Positions 32,826 through 42,083 of a stretch of DNA of 64,000 nucleotides are shown here, one piece after another. This stretch comes from an uncultured Erysipelotrichaceae bacterium (lineage in GTDB: Bacteria; Bacillota_I; Bacilli_A; Erysipelotrichales; Erysipelotrichaceae). Location of the stretch: assembly GCA_947036815.1 (NCBI GenBank), contig CAMQRS010000001.1, forward strand, positions 80,732 through 144,731, given 5' to 3'. Every line of letters starts with the position of its first letter. Position 1 is the first letter of the stretch. A program made the translations under genes and the position numbers. The notes under the pieces are model-generated. The model had not been told where the DNA came from. It did no database searches and saw only the letters and a list, made by a program, of their open reading frames with translations.

Positions 32826-33638
32826 ATGGAAAAAAGAGATTATTATGAGGTCTTAGGTATCGCCAAAAGCGCAACAGAAGATGAAATAAAAAAAGCATAT
32901 CGTAAATTAGCTAAAAGATTTCATCCTGATGTGAATAAGGAAAGTGATGCTGAAGCAAAATTTAAAGAAGTAAATGAAGCTTATGAAGTGTTAAGTGATC
33001 CACAACGTAGAGCTAGCTTTGATCGTTATGGAAGAGATGGAATGCAAGGTGCAGGATTTGGTGGACAACAAGGTTATTCTAGTCCATATGGAAACTCACA
33101 AAACTTTGAAGACATCTTTAGTTCATTTTTTGGTGGAGCACAACAATCTGCAAGACCGGTATCTTTACACAAATTTTCTACCTTAACAATAACTTTTATG
33201 GAATCTATTAAAGGGATTACGAAAAGTATAGTTGCAGAATCGTATAAACCCAATTCTGTAGGTGGTTATACATTGAAGAAAATGAAAGTGAATATGAAAA
33301 TTCCAGCAGGAATTAAAAATAAACAAAGTGTAAGAATTCCAGGATATGGTGAGTTGAATCAAATGACTAGAAAACGTGGAGATTTATACGTTGAAATCAC
33401 AGTTCAACAGGATGTTCGATTCGAACGTAAAATGAATGATATTTATATGCGAAAAACCATCAGCGCAAGCGATGCGAAAAACGGATGTGAGATACGCATA
33501 GAAGGTATATATGATGTCGTAACGCTTAAAGTGCCGAGTCAAATCAATGCTCATACAAAACTGAGAATGAAAGGCAAGGGAGTCAAAACATCCACTGGTG
33601 CAGGGGATGCATACGTAGAAATTATGATAGAGAGATAA
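32826..33638 (+). CDS. J-domain co-chaperone lacking the zinc-finger domain (class B / CbpA-like DnaJ)
   Basis: J-domain DYYEVLG...[16 protein letters not shown], Gly/Phe-rich linker, two C-terminal beta domains. Only one Cys in the protein, so no CxxCxGxG repeats. Start at ATG 32826 after GGAGGA. Confidence 0.8.
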   Translation: MEKRDYYEVLGIAKSATEDEIKKAYRKLAKRFHPDVNKESDAEAKFKEVNEAYEVLSDPQRRASFDRYGRDGMQGAGFGGQQGYSSPYGNSQNFEDIFSSFFGGAQQSARPVSLHKFSTLTITFMESIKGITKSIVAESYKPNSVGGYTLKKMKVNMKIPAGIKNKQSVRIPGYGELNQMTRKRGDLYVEITVQQDVRFERKMNDIYMRKTISASDAKNGCEIRIEGIYDVVTLKVPSQINAHTKLRMKGKGVKTSTGAGDAYVEIMIER

Positions 33639-33650
33639 GAGGAAAAAGAA

Positions 33651-34322
33651 ATGATAAACGAAGAAAAAGAGTTTTTAGAAGAAGAAACAAATGAAGTGGT
33701 AGAGGAAACAAATGAAGTAGTGGAAGAAATAAACGACGTGGTTGAAGAAATAACAGAAGTAGAAAACCTACTAAATGAAGATATCACATTCACAAGTTCA
33801 AATGATTTAGAAGTTGAAACAGAAGCGAAACCTAAGAAAAAAATAGGATTATTGATTGCAGGTATCATTATTGTATTATTAATGGGTGCCATGATTTATG
33901 GAGCAAGTGTTATGGATTCATCAGGTAATTCAAACGATAAATTAACATGTAATTTATCATATGGTGGAATGACTTTGAGTCAAGTATTAGAATATGATGG
34001 CGAAGAAGTAATTGCGGTATCAAATATATTAATACAAATATTCACAGAAGAAGAATTACAATCAGCTAATCTTACTTTTGATGAATACAGTGCAGAAAGC
34101 GAAAAATCTTTTGCAGAAGTAGAAGATATAGCAGGAACAGAAGTAATCTTTACTAGTGATAAAGAAACAATGACAATAACTGTAGATTTACGTATTGTAT
34201 TAGCAGACTATGATTTAGAAGCAGATATCTATGGTATTAATGCAGAACTTGACTATTCTGACCTTAAAGGAATAGAAGAAGCATTAACTTCATTCGGATA
34301 TGCTTGTACAAAAGACGAATAA
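33651..34322 (+). CDS. single-pass membrane protein with an acidic heptad-repeat N-terminus, function unknown
   Basis: 223 aa. EETNEVVEETNEVVEEINDVVEEITEVE, then a transmembrane helix (IGLLIAGIIIVLLMGAMIYGA), then an external domain of about 125 aa. Starts 12 nt after the J-protein stop. Confidence 0.55.
   Translation: MINEEKEFLEEETNEVVEETNEVVEEINDVVEEITEVENLLNEDITFTSSNDLEVETEAKPKKKIGLLIAGIIIVLLMGAMIYGASVMDSSGNSNDKLTCNLSYGGMTLSQVLEYDGEEVIAVSNILIQIFTEEELQSANLTFDEYSAESEKSFAEVEDIAGTEVIFTSDKETMTITVDLRIVLADYDLEADIYGINAELDYSDLKGIEEALTSFGYACTKDE
33684..33767 (+). repeat. four tandem 21-bp units inside the coding sequence
   Basis: GAAACAAATGAAGTGGTAGAG / GAAACAAATGAAGTAGTGGAA / GAAATAAACGACGTGGTTGAA / GAAATAACAGAAGTAGAAAAC. 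Confidence 0.85.
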
Positions 34323-34427
34323 TAAATAGAGAAAACACAGTAAAATGTGTTTTTTTTTGTATTCTCCTAGATTCGTGTAATTTCGACATCATAAATCCTT
34401 ACAATGTAATCAAAGGAGTGATACATT

Positions 34428-35114
34428 ATGAAAGGTCCAGGAATAAAAAATTATATTGAAGTTATAAATGAAAAAAGAGAAGTAGCACACAATGAGGGAA
34501 AAAGTTATATAGAATTAAGTTCTAAGGAATTACACGAGGAAATATCAAACGGATTTGCGACAATGCCGACTTGTTGTCAGGCGATATACAAATTATTGTA
34601 TGTGGGGGATTTAATATTAGAAACACCAAAAGGAAATACGGGGTTTGGTTCACATTTAAAAGTAAGATTTTATGTAGATAATCTAATCGATAGAGAACGG
34701 ATGTATCCAGATAAAAAAAGAGGAAGACCAAGCAAAAGTGAAGAAGAGAAACTCATCTCTAGAAAAAGAAGAAAAAAATGTAATAGCTCTGACTTAAATA
34801 AACTAGTCGAAGATTGGTTGCAACTACAAGGCTATGAATATGAAGAAAATAAAGAATATATTGAAGCTAAAAATGGTGTGGAAAGAAGATTTATTCATAT
34901 CCAATCTATGAAACGAGGTAGAAAGCAAACTCTGCCTAATAAATTCAACGAAGTACTAAAATATATGATAGATGATAACGTACACTATAGTTTAGCGTTT
35001 AATGATAGCGTTGCTTATCGTAGAGCGTGGCAAGAGATACCACAAAGTGTCAAAGAAAAATTAAATGTCAGTATGATTCTTGCAGATAAAAAAGGAAATG
35101 TCTTTGAAATGTAA
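34428..35114 (+). CDS. hypothetical two-domain protein with a central AT-hook-like basic linker
   Basis: 228 aa, no signal peptide. RBS AAAGGAG. KKRGRPSK core followed by SRKRRKK. I do not recognise either flanking domain. Confidence 0.5.
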   Translation: MKGPGIKNYIEVINEKREVAHNEGKSYIELSSKELHEEISNGFATMPTCCQAIYKLLYVGDLILETPKGNTGFGSHLKVRFYVDNLIDRERMYPDKKRGRPSKSEEEKLISRKRRKKCNSSDLNKLVEDWLQLQGYEYEENKEYIEAKNGVERRFIHIQSMKRGRKQTLPNKFNEVLKYMIDDNVHYSLAFNDSVAYRRAWQEIPQSVKEKLNVSMILADKKGNVFEM

Positions 35115-35592
35115 AGTGCCATCTAATCTAAAACGGTTAGATAATGTTATCTTAATGATTCTGTTAATTGGATTTCTTGTCATTATTCTTTTCTTCAACT
35201 GGTATAACTTAAGTGCATATAGTGTGATTAGCACGAGTATGGATCCAACGATACCTAAGGGAAGTCTAACAATAAATCAAGAAGAAACATTCAAAGAATT
35301 GGATGATAAAGATATTATTACGTATAAATTATTGAATAGTGAAGTGTTTATTACACATCGAATAACATCTATTGATAAAGAAACAGAAATGATAACATGT
35401 AAAGGAGATGCAAACGAAGTTGTAGATCCCAATGACGTATCTTATAGTTTACAGTACAAAAGTAGTGTGTTATTTTATATCCCATATTTAGGCTATATCG
35501 CATATTTTGCGAAAACCATCTATGGACGAATCTTGTTAATTACACTTATCATGGTGTTAGTTGCAATCATATATAAAAAGAAAAAGGCTTAA
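35098..35592 (+). CDS. sipW: signal peptidase I, SipW (archaeal/ER) type
   Basis: SVISTSMDPTIPKGS (catalytic Ser box), ITHRI, KGDANEVVDPNDV, N- and C-terminal transmembrane helices. Start is uncertain (TTG 35080 or ATG 35098). Overlaps the upstream gene. Confidence 0.75.
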   Translation: MSLKCKVPSNLKRLDNVILMILLIGFLVIILFFNWYNLSAYSVISTSMDPTIPKGSLTINQEETFKELDDKDIITYKLLNSEVFITHRITSIDKETEMITCKGDANEVVDPNDVSYSLQYKSSVLFYIPYLGYIAYFAKTIYGRILLITLIMVLVAIIYKKKKA

Positions 35593-35683
35593 TTGTCCTT
35601 TTTTTCTTATATAGGAATTGAAATGCTATAAATTTACTAACTTATGATATAATAAACTATGATAAGATGAGGAGATTTTTATA

Positions 35684-38197
35684 ATGGCTGAAATAAAGTA
35701 CACACCGATGATTGTTCAATACTTAGAGGTAAAAAATAACTTGAAAGATTGCATTGTTTTTTATCGTCTAGGAGATTTTTATGAAATGTTTTTTGAAGAT
35801 GCTAAAGTAGCCTCAAAACAATTAGATTTAGTATTAACTGGTAGAAATGGTGGCGCAGAGAATAAAATTCCAATGTGTGGAATTCCCTTTCATGCAGCTA
35901 GTGGATATATCCAAAGATTGACCCAAAAAGGATTCAAAGTTGCCATAGTGGAACAACTAGAAGAAGCGAGTGCTGGTAAAATAGTGAAGCGTGATGTTGT
36001 GAAAATTGTAACACCAGGAACAATCATGGACGAAGTTAGTGATGAAAAAAATAATGTATACATCGCTAGTATTTATGACTTTCAATTTGGATTCGCAATT
36101 ACCTATTGTGAAATGACATGTGGAGAAGTTATTGCTACATGTATACCTAAAAATAGAGAAGAACTACAAAAAGCATTATTGATGATGAATGTAAAAGAAG
36201 TAGTAATTGATAAGAATTTAGATAAGACATACACTAAAGTAATTCGACAAATGAATCGTATCACTATCTCAGAATTTAATGCGGGTGCTTTATTAGCAGA
36301 ATATAAACACTTAGTAGAAGATGTAGAGGATCATAGAGTCATTGAAAGTTTTGCATTGTTGACAAACTATTTAAATCATACTCAAAAGAGAAGCATGGCA
36401 CACTTATCTAAGTTAGAAATAATGGAAGATAACACCTGCCTACAAATGGATTATTCAAGTAAGCAGAACTTAGAAATTGTATCAACATTGAGAACACAGT
36501 CTAAATCTCAAACACTATGGGGCTTTTTAGATGAAGCAAGAAGTGCAATGGGAAGTAGAATGCTTAAAAAATGGGTGCTATATCCATTAATAGATAAACA
36601 AAAAATCAATCAACGTTTAGATACAATCGACTACTTAAACTATCATTTTATATTAAAAGATGAATTGAAAGAGTATTTAGGTAATGTATTTGATATGGAA
36701 CGACTATGTGCAAGAATCGCATATGGTAGTGCTACTCCAAGAGATATATTAAGACTCGTAACAACCCTGAAATATGCCCCTCAAATAATGGATGTATTTA
36801 AAGATTGTGAATCAATGAAAGAACTTAGAGAAATAAGTACTTGTCGTGAATTATATACTAAAATTGAAGATATTATTGTGGATAATCCACCTCAATCTAA
36901 TAAAGATGGTGGTATCTTTAAAGATGGATATAATGAAGAATTAGATGAATATAGAAAATTAAGAGACAGTGGTAGTAACTTTATTTTAGAACTAGAAGCC
37001 AAAGAAAAAGAGCGCACGGGAATTACTTCATTAAAAATAGGATATAATCGTGTATTTGGTTACTACATTGAAGTAAGAAAAGCCAATGTGGATAAAATTT
37101 TACCTGAATTTAATTATGAACGTAAACAAACTTTAAGCAATGCAGAACGCTTTGTTACAAGTGAGTTAAAAGAGAAAGAAGAATCAATTCTACAAGCACA
37201 AGAGAAAGCAATTTGTATTGAAACATTGTTATACCAACAACTTCTTGAAGAGATGAAAGAATACTTATCTCCTTTGCATGAATTAGCCAAAGGCTTAGCG
37301 AGTATTGATGCTTTATATGCATTAAGTGTTGTAAGTTCAAACAATAAATATGTAAGACCTACATTCCATGACTCAAGTGCCATTGATTTAATAGAAGCTA
37401 GACATCCTATTTTAGATGATATGTTGAAGCAACAAACATATGTATCCAACTCTTTAATTATGAGTGAAGAAGACCAAATTCTAATGATTACCGGGCCTAA
37501 TATGGGTGGAAAATCAACGTATATGAGACAAACTGCACTGTTAGTTATCATGGCTCAAATCGGATGTTATGTACCCGCTAAGAAAGCAGATTTACCAATC
37601 TTTGATAAGATCTTTACACGAATAGGTGCAAGTGACGATATTATGAGTGGACAATCTACCTTCATGGTTGAAATGATTGAAGCAAACTATGCACTACAAA
37701 ATGCAGGAGAACACTCATTAATATTATTTGATGAAATAGGGAGAGGAACTTCTACTTATGATGGAATGTCTTTAGCGCAAGCAATGCTAGAATATATTCA
37801 TGATCATACCAAAGCAAAAACATTGTTTTCAACACATTATCATGAATTAACGGTATTGGCAGATAAACACGAAGGTATTAAAAACATTCATGTTGAAGTA
37901 AAAGAAGAACAAGATCATATTACTTTCTTATATCGTATGCTAGAAGGTAAAGCAGATAAATCATATGGAATAAATGTGGCAAAACTTGCGAAATTACCTG
38001 AAAGTGTGTTATCAAGAGCGAAACAAATATTAGACCATATTCAAAAAGATGAATTTGATTTAAACATAGAGAAAAAAGAAATAGTCGTAGAAGAAAAGGT
38101 AGTAGATAAATATAGTGAGATGATTCATCAAGTAGATATAAATCGAATGACTCCTATGGATGCATTACTGTTTCTACAAGAATTAAAAAATAAATAA
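35684..38197 (+). CDS. mutS: DNA mismatch repair protein MutS
   Basis: 837 aa. TPM..QY, GDFYE mismatch-binding motif, Walker A GPNMGGKST, STF..E, DEIGRGTSTYDG. Confidence 0.97.
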   Translation: MAEIKYTPMIVQYLEVKNNLKDCIVFYRLGDFYEMFFEDAKVASKQLDLVLTGRNGGAENKIPMCGIPFHAASGYIQRLTQKGFKVAIVEQLEEASAGKIVKRDVVKIVTPGTIMDEVSDEKNNVYIASIYDFQFGFAITYCEMTCGEVIATCIPKNREELQKALLMMNVKEVVIDKNLDKTYTKVIRQMNRITISEFNAGALLAEYKHLVEDVEDHRVIESFALLTNYLNHTQKRSMAHLSKLEIMEDNTCLQMDYSSKQNLEIVSTLRTQSKSQTLWGFLDEARSAMGSRMLKKWVLYPLIDKQKINQRLDTIDYLNYHFILKDELKEYLGNVFDMERLCARIAYGSATPRDILRLVTTLKYAPQIMDVFKDCESMKELREISTCRELYTKIEDIIVDNPPQSNKDGGIFKDGYNEELDEYRKLRDSGSNFILELEAKEKERTGITSLKIGYNRVFGYYIEVRKANVDKILPEFNYERKQTLSNAERFVTSELKEKEESILQAQEKAICIETLLYQQLLEEMKEYLSPLHELAKGLASIDALYALSVVSSNNKYVRPTFHDSSAIDLIEARHPILDDMLKQQTYVSNSLIMSEEDQILMITGPNMGGKSTYMRQTALLVIMAQIGCYVPAKKADLPIFDKIFTRIGASDDIMSGQSTFMVEMIEANYALQNAGEHSLILFDEIGRGTSTYDGMSLAQAMLEYIHDHTKAKTLFSTHYHELTVLADKHEGIKNIHVEVKEEQDHITFLYRMLEGKADKSYGINVAKLAKLPESVLSRAKQILDHIQKDEFDLNIEKKEIVVEEKVVDKYSEMIHQVDINRMTPMDALLFLQELKNK

Positions 38198-38209
38198 TAA
38201 GAGGTGAAG

Positions 38210-40114
38210 ATGTCAAAAATTAAAACGTTAGACTCTCATTTGGCCAATATGATAGCTGCTGGTGAAGTAGTAGAAAGAGCCATGGGAGTAGTGAAAGAAT
38301 TAGTTGAAAATAGTATAGATGCAAATGCGAAAAACATTGAAATTCACATTAAACAAGGTGGATTAGAAGAAATAAATATTATAGATGATGGAGATGGAAT
38401 GAATGCTCAAGATGCATGTATGTCATTTAAACGTCATGCAACGAGTAAAATAAGTGATGTACAAGACTTATGGAACATACATACGATGGGATTTAGAGGA
38501 GAAGCACTTCCATCTATTGCTTCTGTATCGCATGTTATCTTAAATACAAATGATACGAATGAATCTACGCAAGTAGAAATAAAGTATGGACAAACCATAC
38601 ATGCGAAACCATATGCCTGTAATCAAGGAACTCAAATACTAGTAAAAAACTTATTTCAAAAAACACCAGCAAGACTGAAACATTTGAAATCTGTTTCTTA
38701 TGAATTTTCACTAATCAGTGATGTGATTCAAAAATTTGCTTTATCAAGAAGTGATATCGCATTTTTATTAACCCATGATGGAAAAGAAGTATTTAGAAGT
38801 AATGGAAAAAATAATGAATTAGAAGTAATGATGAATATATATGGTAGAGAAATTGCTAAAAATGCAATTCATTTAGAAACACAAGATAGTGATTATGAGA
38901 TTGATGGATATATCATACAACCAAGTATTACGAGAGCTAGTAAATACTACATGATGATTTATATAAATCAAAGAATGGTACGCTCGTATCGACTTCATAA
39001 GATGATCCAAGAAGCATATGCTAAATTTATTCCAAGTGATCGTTATCCAATTGCGGTAATCAATATTAAGATGGATGCTAAGTTAGTAGATGTCAATGTA
39101 CATCCAAGTAAGTGGGAAGTACGCTTATCCAAAGAAAAACAACTAGAACAACTATTGAAACAAAGTATTATCGATGCATTACATGAAAAAATAGCAGTAC
39201 CTAGTATCGAGCGTAAAGTAGTAGAAACAAGGAATGAACAAATTACTTTTTCCTACCCTACACCACAAGTTGAAAGTATACAAAGTAAGGTTGTTGAACC
39301 ACAACTTGTGCAAGAAACGACACCTACATATGTAAGTAATAGTGATACTTCAATGAAGGTAAATGATAGTACAATGATACAACAACCACGAATTGATAAA
39401 ATAGAAGCACCAATACTAGAAGAATTGATAACACCAACTGTAACTAACTCAACAATCCTTGTAGAAGTAGAGAAAGAAACAATAGTACCAGTGGTACAAC
39501 AAGAAACTCCTGTACAAGAAATAAAACGTAACGCTTTACCAGAGATGCAAGTCATTGGTCAAATTCATGGTTGCTATATCATTGCTCAAGGAGAGAATGG
39601 TATGTACATCATCGACCAGCATGCGGCACAAGAAAGATATCGCTTTGAAGTACTACAGCAACAATTATTAAATAAAAAGAATGATATGCAAGACCTACTA
39701 GTACCAATACGTATCGAAACAACAGCCTCAGCAATTACACAAAGAGAAGAAATGAATGTATTATTTAATGAAATTGGATTATCGTTAGAGTTATTCGGTG
39801 AAAAAAGCTTCATCATACGGAGTATTCCTACATGGATGACACAAGTGGAAGAAGAAAAAGTAATTACGGACTTAATTGATTTGTATATGAAAGACTTATC
39901 ATGTGATATTGAAAAATTAAGAAAGCATACGATTGCAACAATGGCATGTCATAGTGTTATTCGCTTTAATCGTAACTTAAATTTAGCAGAGATGAAGAAA
40001 GTAATTCTAGACTTACAACATTGTGAACAACCATTTCATTGTCCACATGGTAGACCAACGTTTATTCAAATGACGTTAAAACAATTAGAAAAAGAATTTT
40101 TAAGGGTGAAATAA
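38210..40114 (+). CDS. mutL: DNA mismatch repair protein MutL
   Basis: IAAGEVVERA, ELVENSIDA, DDGDGM, GFRGEAL. C-terminal endonuclease motifs DQHAAQER and CPHGRP. Start at ATG 38210. Confidence 0.95.
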   Translation: MSKIKTLDSHLANMIAAGEVVERAMGVVKELVENSIDANAKNIEIHIKQGGLEEINIIDDGDGMNAQDACMSFKRHATSKISDVQDLWNIHTMGFRGEALPSIASVSHVILNTNDTNESTQVEIKYGQTIHAKPYACNQGTQILVKNLFQKTPARLKHLKSVSYEFSLISDVIQKFALSRSDIAFLLTHDGKEVFRSNGKNNELEVMMNIYGREIAKNAIHLETQDSDYEIDGYIIQPSITRASKYYMMIYINQRMVRSYRLHKMIQEAYAKFIPSDRYPIAVINIKMDAKLVDVNVHPSKWEVRLSKEKQLEQLLKQSIIDALHEKIAVPSIERKVVETRNEQITFSYPTPQVESIQSKVVEPQLVQETTPTYVSNSDTSMKVNDSTMIQQPRIDKIEAPILEELITPTVTNSTILVEVEKETIVPVVQQETPVQEIKRNALPEMQVIGQIHGCYIIAQGENGMYIIDQHAAQERYRFEVLQQQLLNKKNDMQDLLVPIRIETTASAITQREEMNVLFNEIGLSLELFGEKSFIIRSIPTWMTQVEEEKVITDLIDLYMKDLSCDIEKLRKHTIATMACHSVIRFNRNLNLAEMKKVILDLQHCEQPFHCPHGRPTFIQMTLKQLEKEFLRVK

Positions 40115-41014
40115 ATGGATCAAATAATTGTATTAGTAGGACCTACAGGAGTAGGTAAAACCGCACTAAGTATCCAACTAGCAAAAGCACTAAATGGAGA
40201 AATCATAAGTGGAGATGCTTACCAAGTATACAAACAATTAAGTATTGGTAGTGCTAAAATCACACACACACAAATGCAAGGAATTACTCATTATCTAGTA
40301 GATGATAGAGATTATAAAGAAGATTATAATGTTAAAATATTTCAAGAAGAAGGTAGAGCACTCATCAATACGATTAAAGCAAAAGGAAAAGTACCTATTA
40401 TATGTGGAGGTACTGGACTATATATAAAAGCATTATTGTATGATTATATGTTTGAACAAGAACAAGTAGATGATACATATCTAAATGAACTAAAGAAACA
40501 AAGCAGAGAAGAACTGTATGCGTTACTTCAAGAAGTGGATCCACAAGCTTCTGAAAGTATTCATCAAAACAATACCCAAAGAGTAATGCGTGCCTTAGTC
40601 ATGGCTAAGGTAGGATCTAAAAAGAGTGAGCGTTTAAAACAACAAGAACATAAGATGTTGTATGATGCCTATGTGATTGGACTAACGTTACCTAGAGAAA
40701 TGTTGTATGAAAATATTAATGCACGAGTACATACAATGATGGATGAAGGATTACTCGCAGAAATAAATGATATTGTGGAAAACAATGATACCTTTAATTT
40801 ACAAAGTATGAGAGGTATTGGATATAAAGAATGGCAACCATATTTTAATCAAGAAGCAAGTGTCGAAGATACGATTGCCTTAATTCAAAAAAATTCAAGA
40901 AATTTTGCGAAACGTCAGATGACATGGTTCAATAATCAAATGCAAGTACACTGGTATGACAAGAATGATAGTAATCAAGCAATCGTGGATGCACAACTAT
41001 TTTTAAGTAAATAA
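40115..41014 (+). CDS. miaA: tRNA dimethylallyltransferase
   Basis: 299 aa. P-loop GPTGVGKT, GGTGLY, QR..TWF-like AKRQMTWF. Confidence 0.95.
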   Translation: MDQIIVLVGPTGVGKTALSIQLAKALNGEIISGDAYQVYKQLSIGSAKITHTQMQGITHYLVDDRDYKEDYNVKIFQEEGRALINTIKAKGKVPIICGGTGLYIKALLYDYMFEQEQVDDTYLNELKKQSREELYALLQEVDPQASESIHQNNTQRVMRALVMAKVGSKKSERLKQQEHKMLYDAYVIGLTLPREMLYENINARVHTMMDEGLLAEINDIVENNDTFNLQSMRGIGYKEWQPYFNQEASVEDTIALIQKNSRNFAKRQMTWFNNQMQVHWYDKNDSNQAIVDAQLFLSK

Positions 41015-41247
41015 AGCTCTTATCATCTACAAAAGATGGTAGTCGTTTATGTATAATCAAAACAACTAAAGGAATGTAAGCATTAGTAAATTCTAATGCT
41101 TTTTTATGAGTGGTCACCCATTTAATAAAATCTTGCAAAATCATTTAAAAACGAGCAAAATCGAGCATAAACGTATTGACAGTATGCACAAAAAAAGGTA
41201 AAGTATAGGAGTAAGAAAAAATGAGTAAAACTCAGGAGGCAAGCTAT

Positions 41248-41970
41248 ATGAAAAAAGCATCAGAAATGAGCGTAGTAGAATTAGCAAAATATATAGACTA
41301 CAGTGTATTAAAACCAGAATTCACTGAACAAGAAATCGTTGATTTAACAATTGATGGTGTAAAATTAGGATGTGCAACAATTTGTATTAATCCTGCATAC
41401 ATGGATTTATGTATGCCTCTTATTGAAGGAACAGACACAAAATTATGTCCTGTATGTGATTTCCCATTCGGAACTAGTTCAACAGCTTCAAAAGTAGCAC
41501 AAGCAGAAATTTTATGTAAATACCCTAATATCGGTGAAGTTGATATCGTAGCTAACTACGGATTAATTCGTTCAGGAAAATATGCTGAAGTAACTGCAGA
41601 TATAAAAGCAGTAGTAGATGTATGCCATGCAGCTGGATATGAAGTAAAAGTAATTTTTGAAACAGATGCATTAAGTACTGAACAAGTAATCGCTACTTGT
41701 AAATGTTGTGTAGATGCAAAAGCTGACTTTGTAAAAACAAGTACTGGATTCTTAACAGGATTTGAAGCACATGGAGCAACTCCAGAAATTATTCAAGTAA
41801 TGATGGATGCAGTAGATGGAAAATGTAAAGTTAAAGGAAGCGGATGTATTCGTACTAGAGAGCGTTTCTTAGAACTAATCGATATGGGAATTGACCGTAT
41901 GGGTGTTGGATACAAATCTGTACCAGTAGTTTTAGGATTAGACGATAAAGCAAGTACTGACAATTACTAA
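41248..41970 (+). CDS. deoxyribose-phosphate aldolase family (DeoC/LacD-type class I aldolase)
   Basis: IDYSVLKP, ICINP, Schiff-base Lys region DFVKTSTGF. Start at ATG 41248 after AGGAGG. Confidence 0.8.
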   Translation: MKKASEMSVVELAKYIDYSVLKPEFTEQEIVDLTIDGVKLGCATICINPAYMDLCMPLIEGTDTKLCPVCDFPFGTSSTASKVAQAEILCKYPNIGEVDIVANYGLIRSGKYAEVTADIKAVVDVCHAAGYEVKVIFETDALSTEQVIATCKCCVDAKADFVKTSTGFLTGFEAHGATPEIIQVMMDAVDGKCKVKGSGCIRTRERFLELIDMGIDRMGVGYKSVPVVLGLDDKASTDNY

Positions 41971-42044
41971 GAAATAATAGGGTGTTGAACTGTGGGGGTT
42001 TAACTAACAAGTTCTAGTAAGGTATTCATACATGTAGATAAAAT

Positions 42045-42082
42045 AAAAGGCATTACCTATAATTTAGTGGTAATGCCTTTTT
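42045..42082. terminator. bidirectional terminator between convergent genes
   Basis: AAAAGGCATTACC / GGTAATGCCTTTT stem with an 11-nt loop. Confidence 0.8.
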
Positions 42083-42083
42083 A

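Noticed and set aside
33551-33892. 113-aa minus-strand ORF with striking SSTTSF(I/V)SSTTSF repeats.
   Set aside because: It is the reverse-complement reading of the 21-bp acidic-heptad repeats of the plus-strand gene. It overlaps two well-supported plus-strand genes and has no RBS.
40929-41144. 71-aa minus-strand ORF in the miaA-deoC spacer.
   Set aside because: It overlaps the miaA 3' end and the miaA terminator hairpin (AAGCATTAG...CTAATGCTT, about 41077-41105). It has no RBS and no recognisable family.
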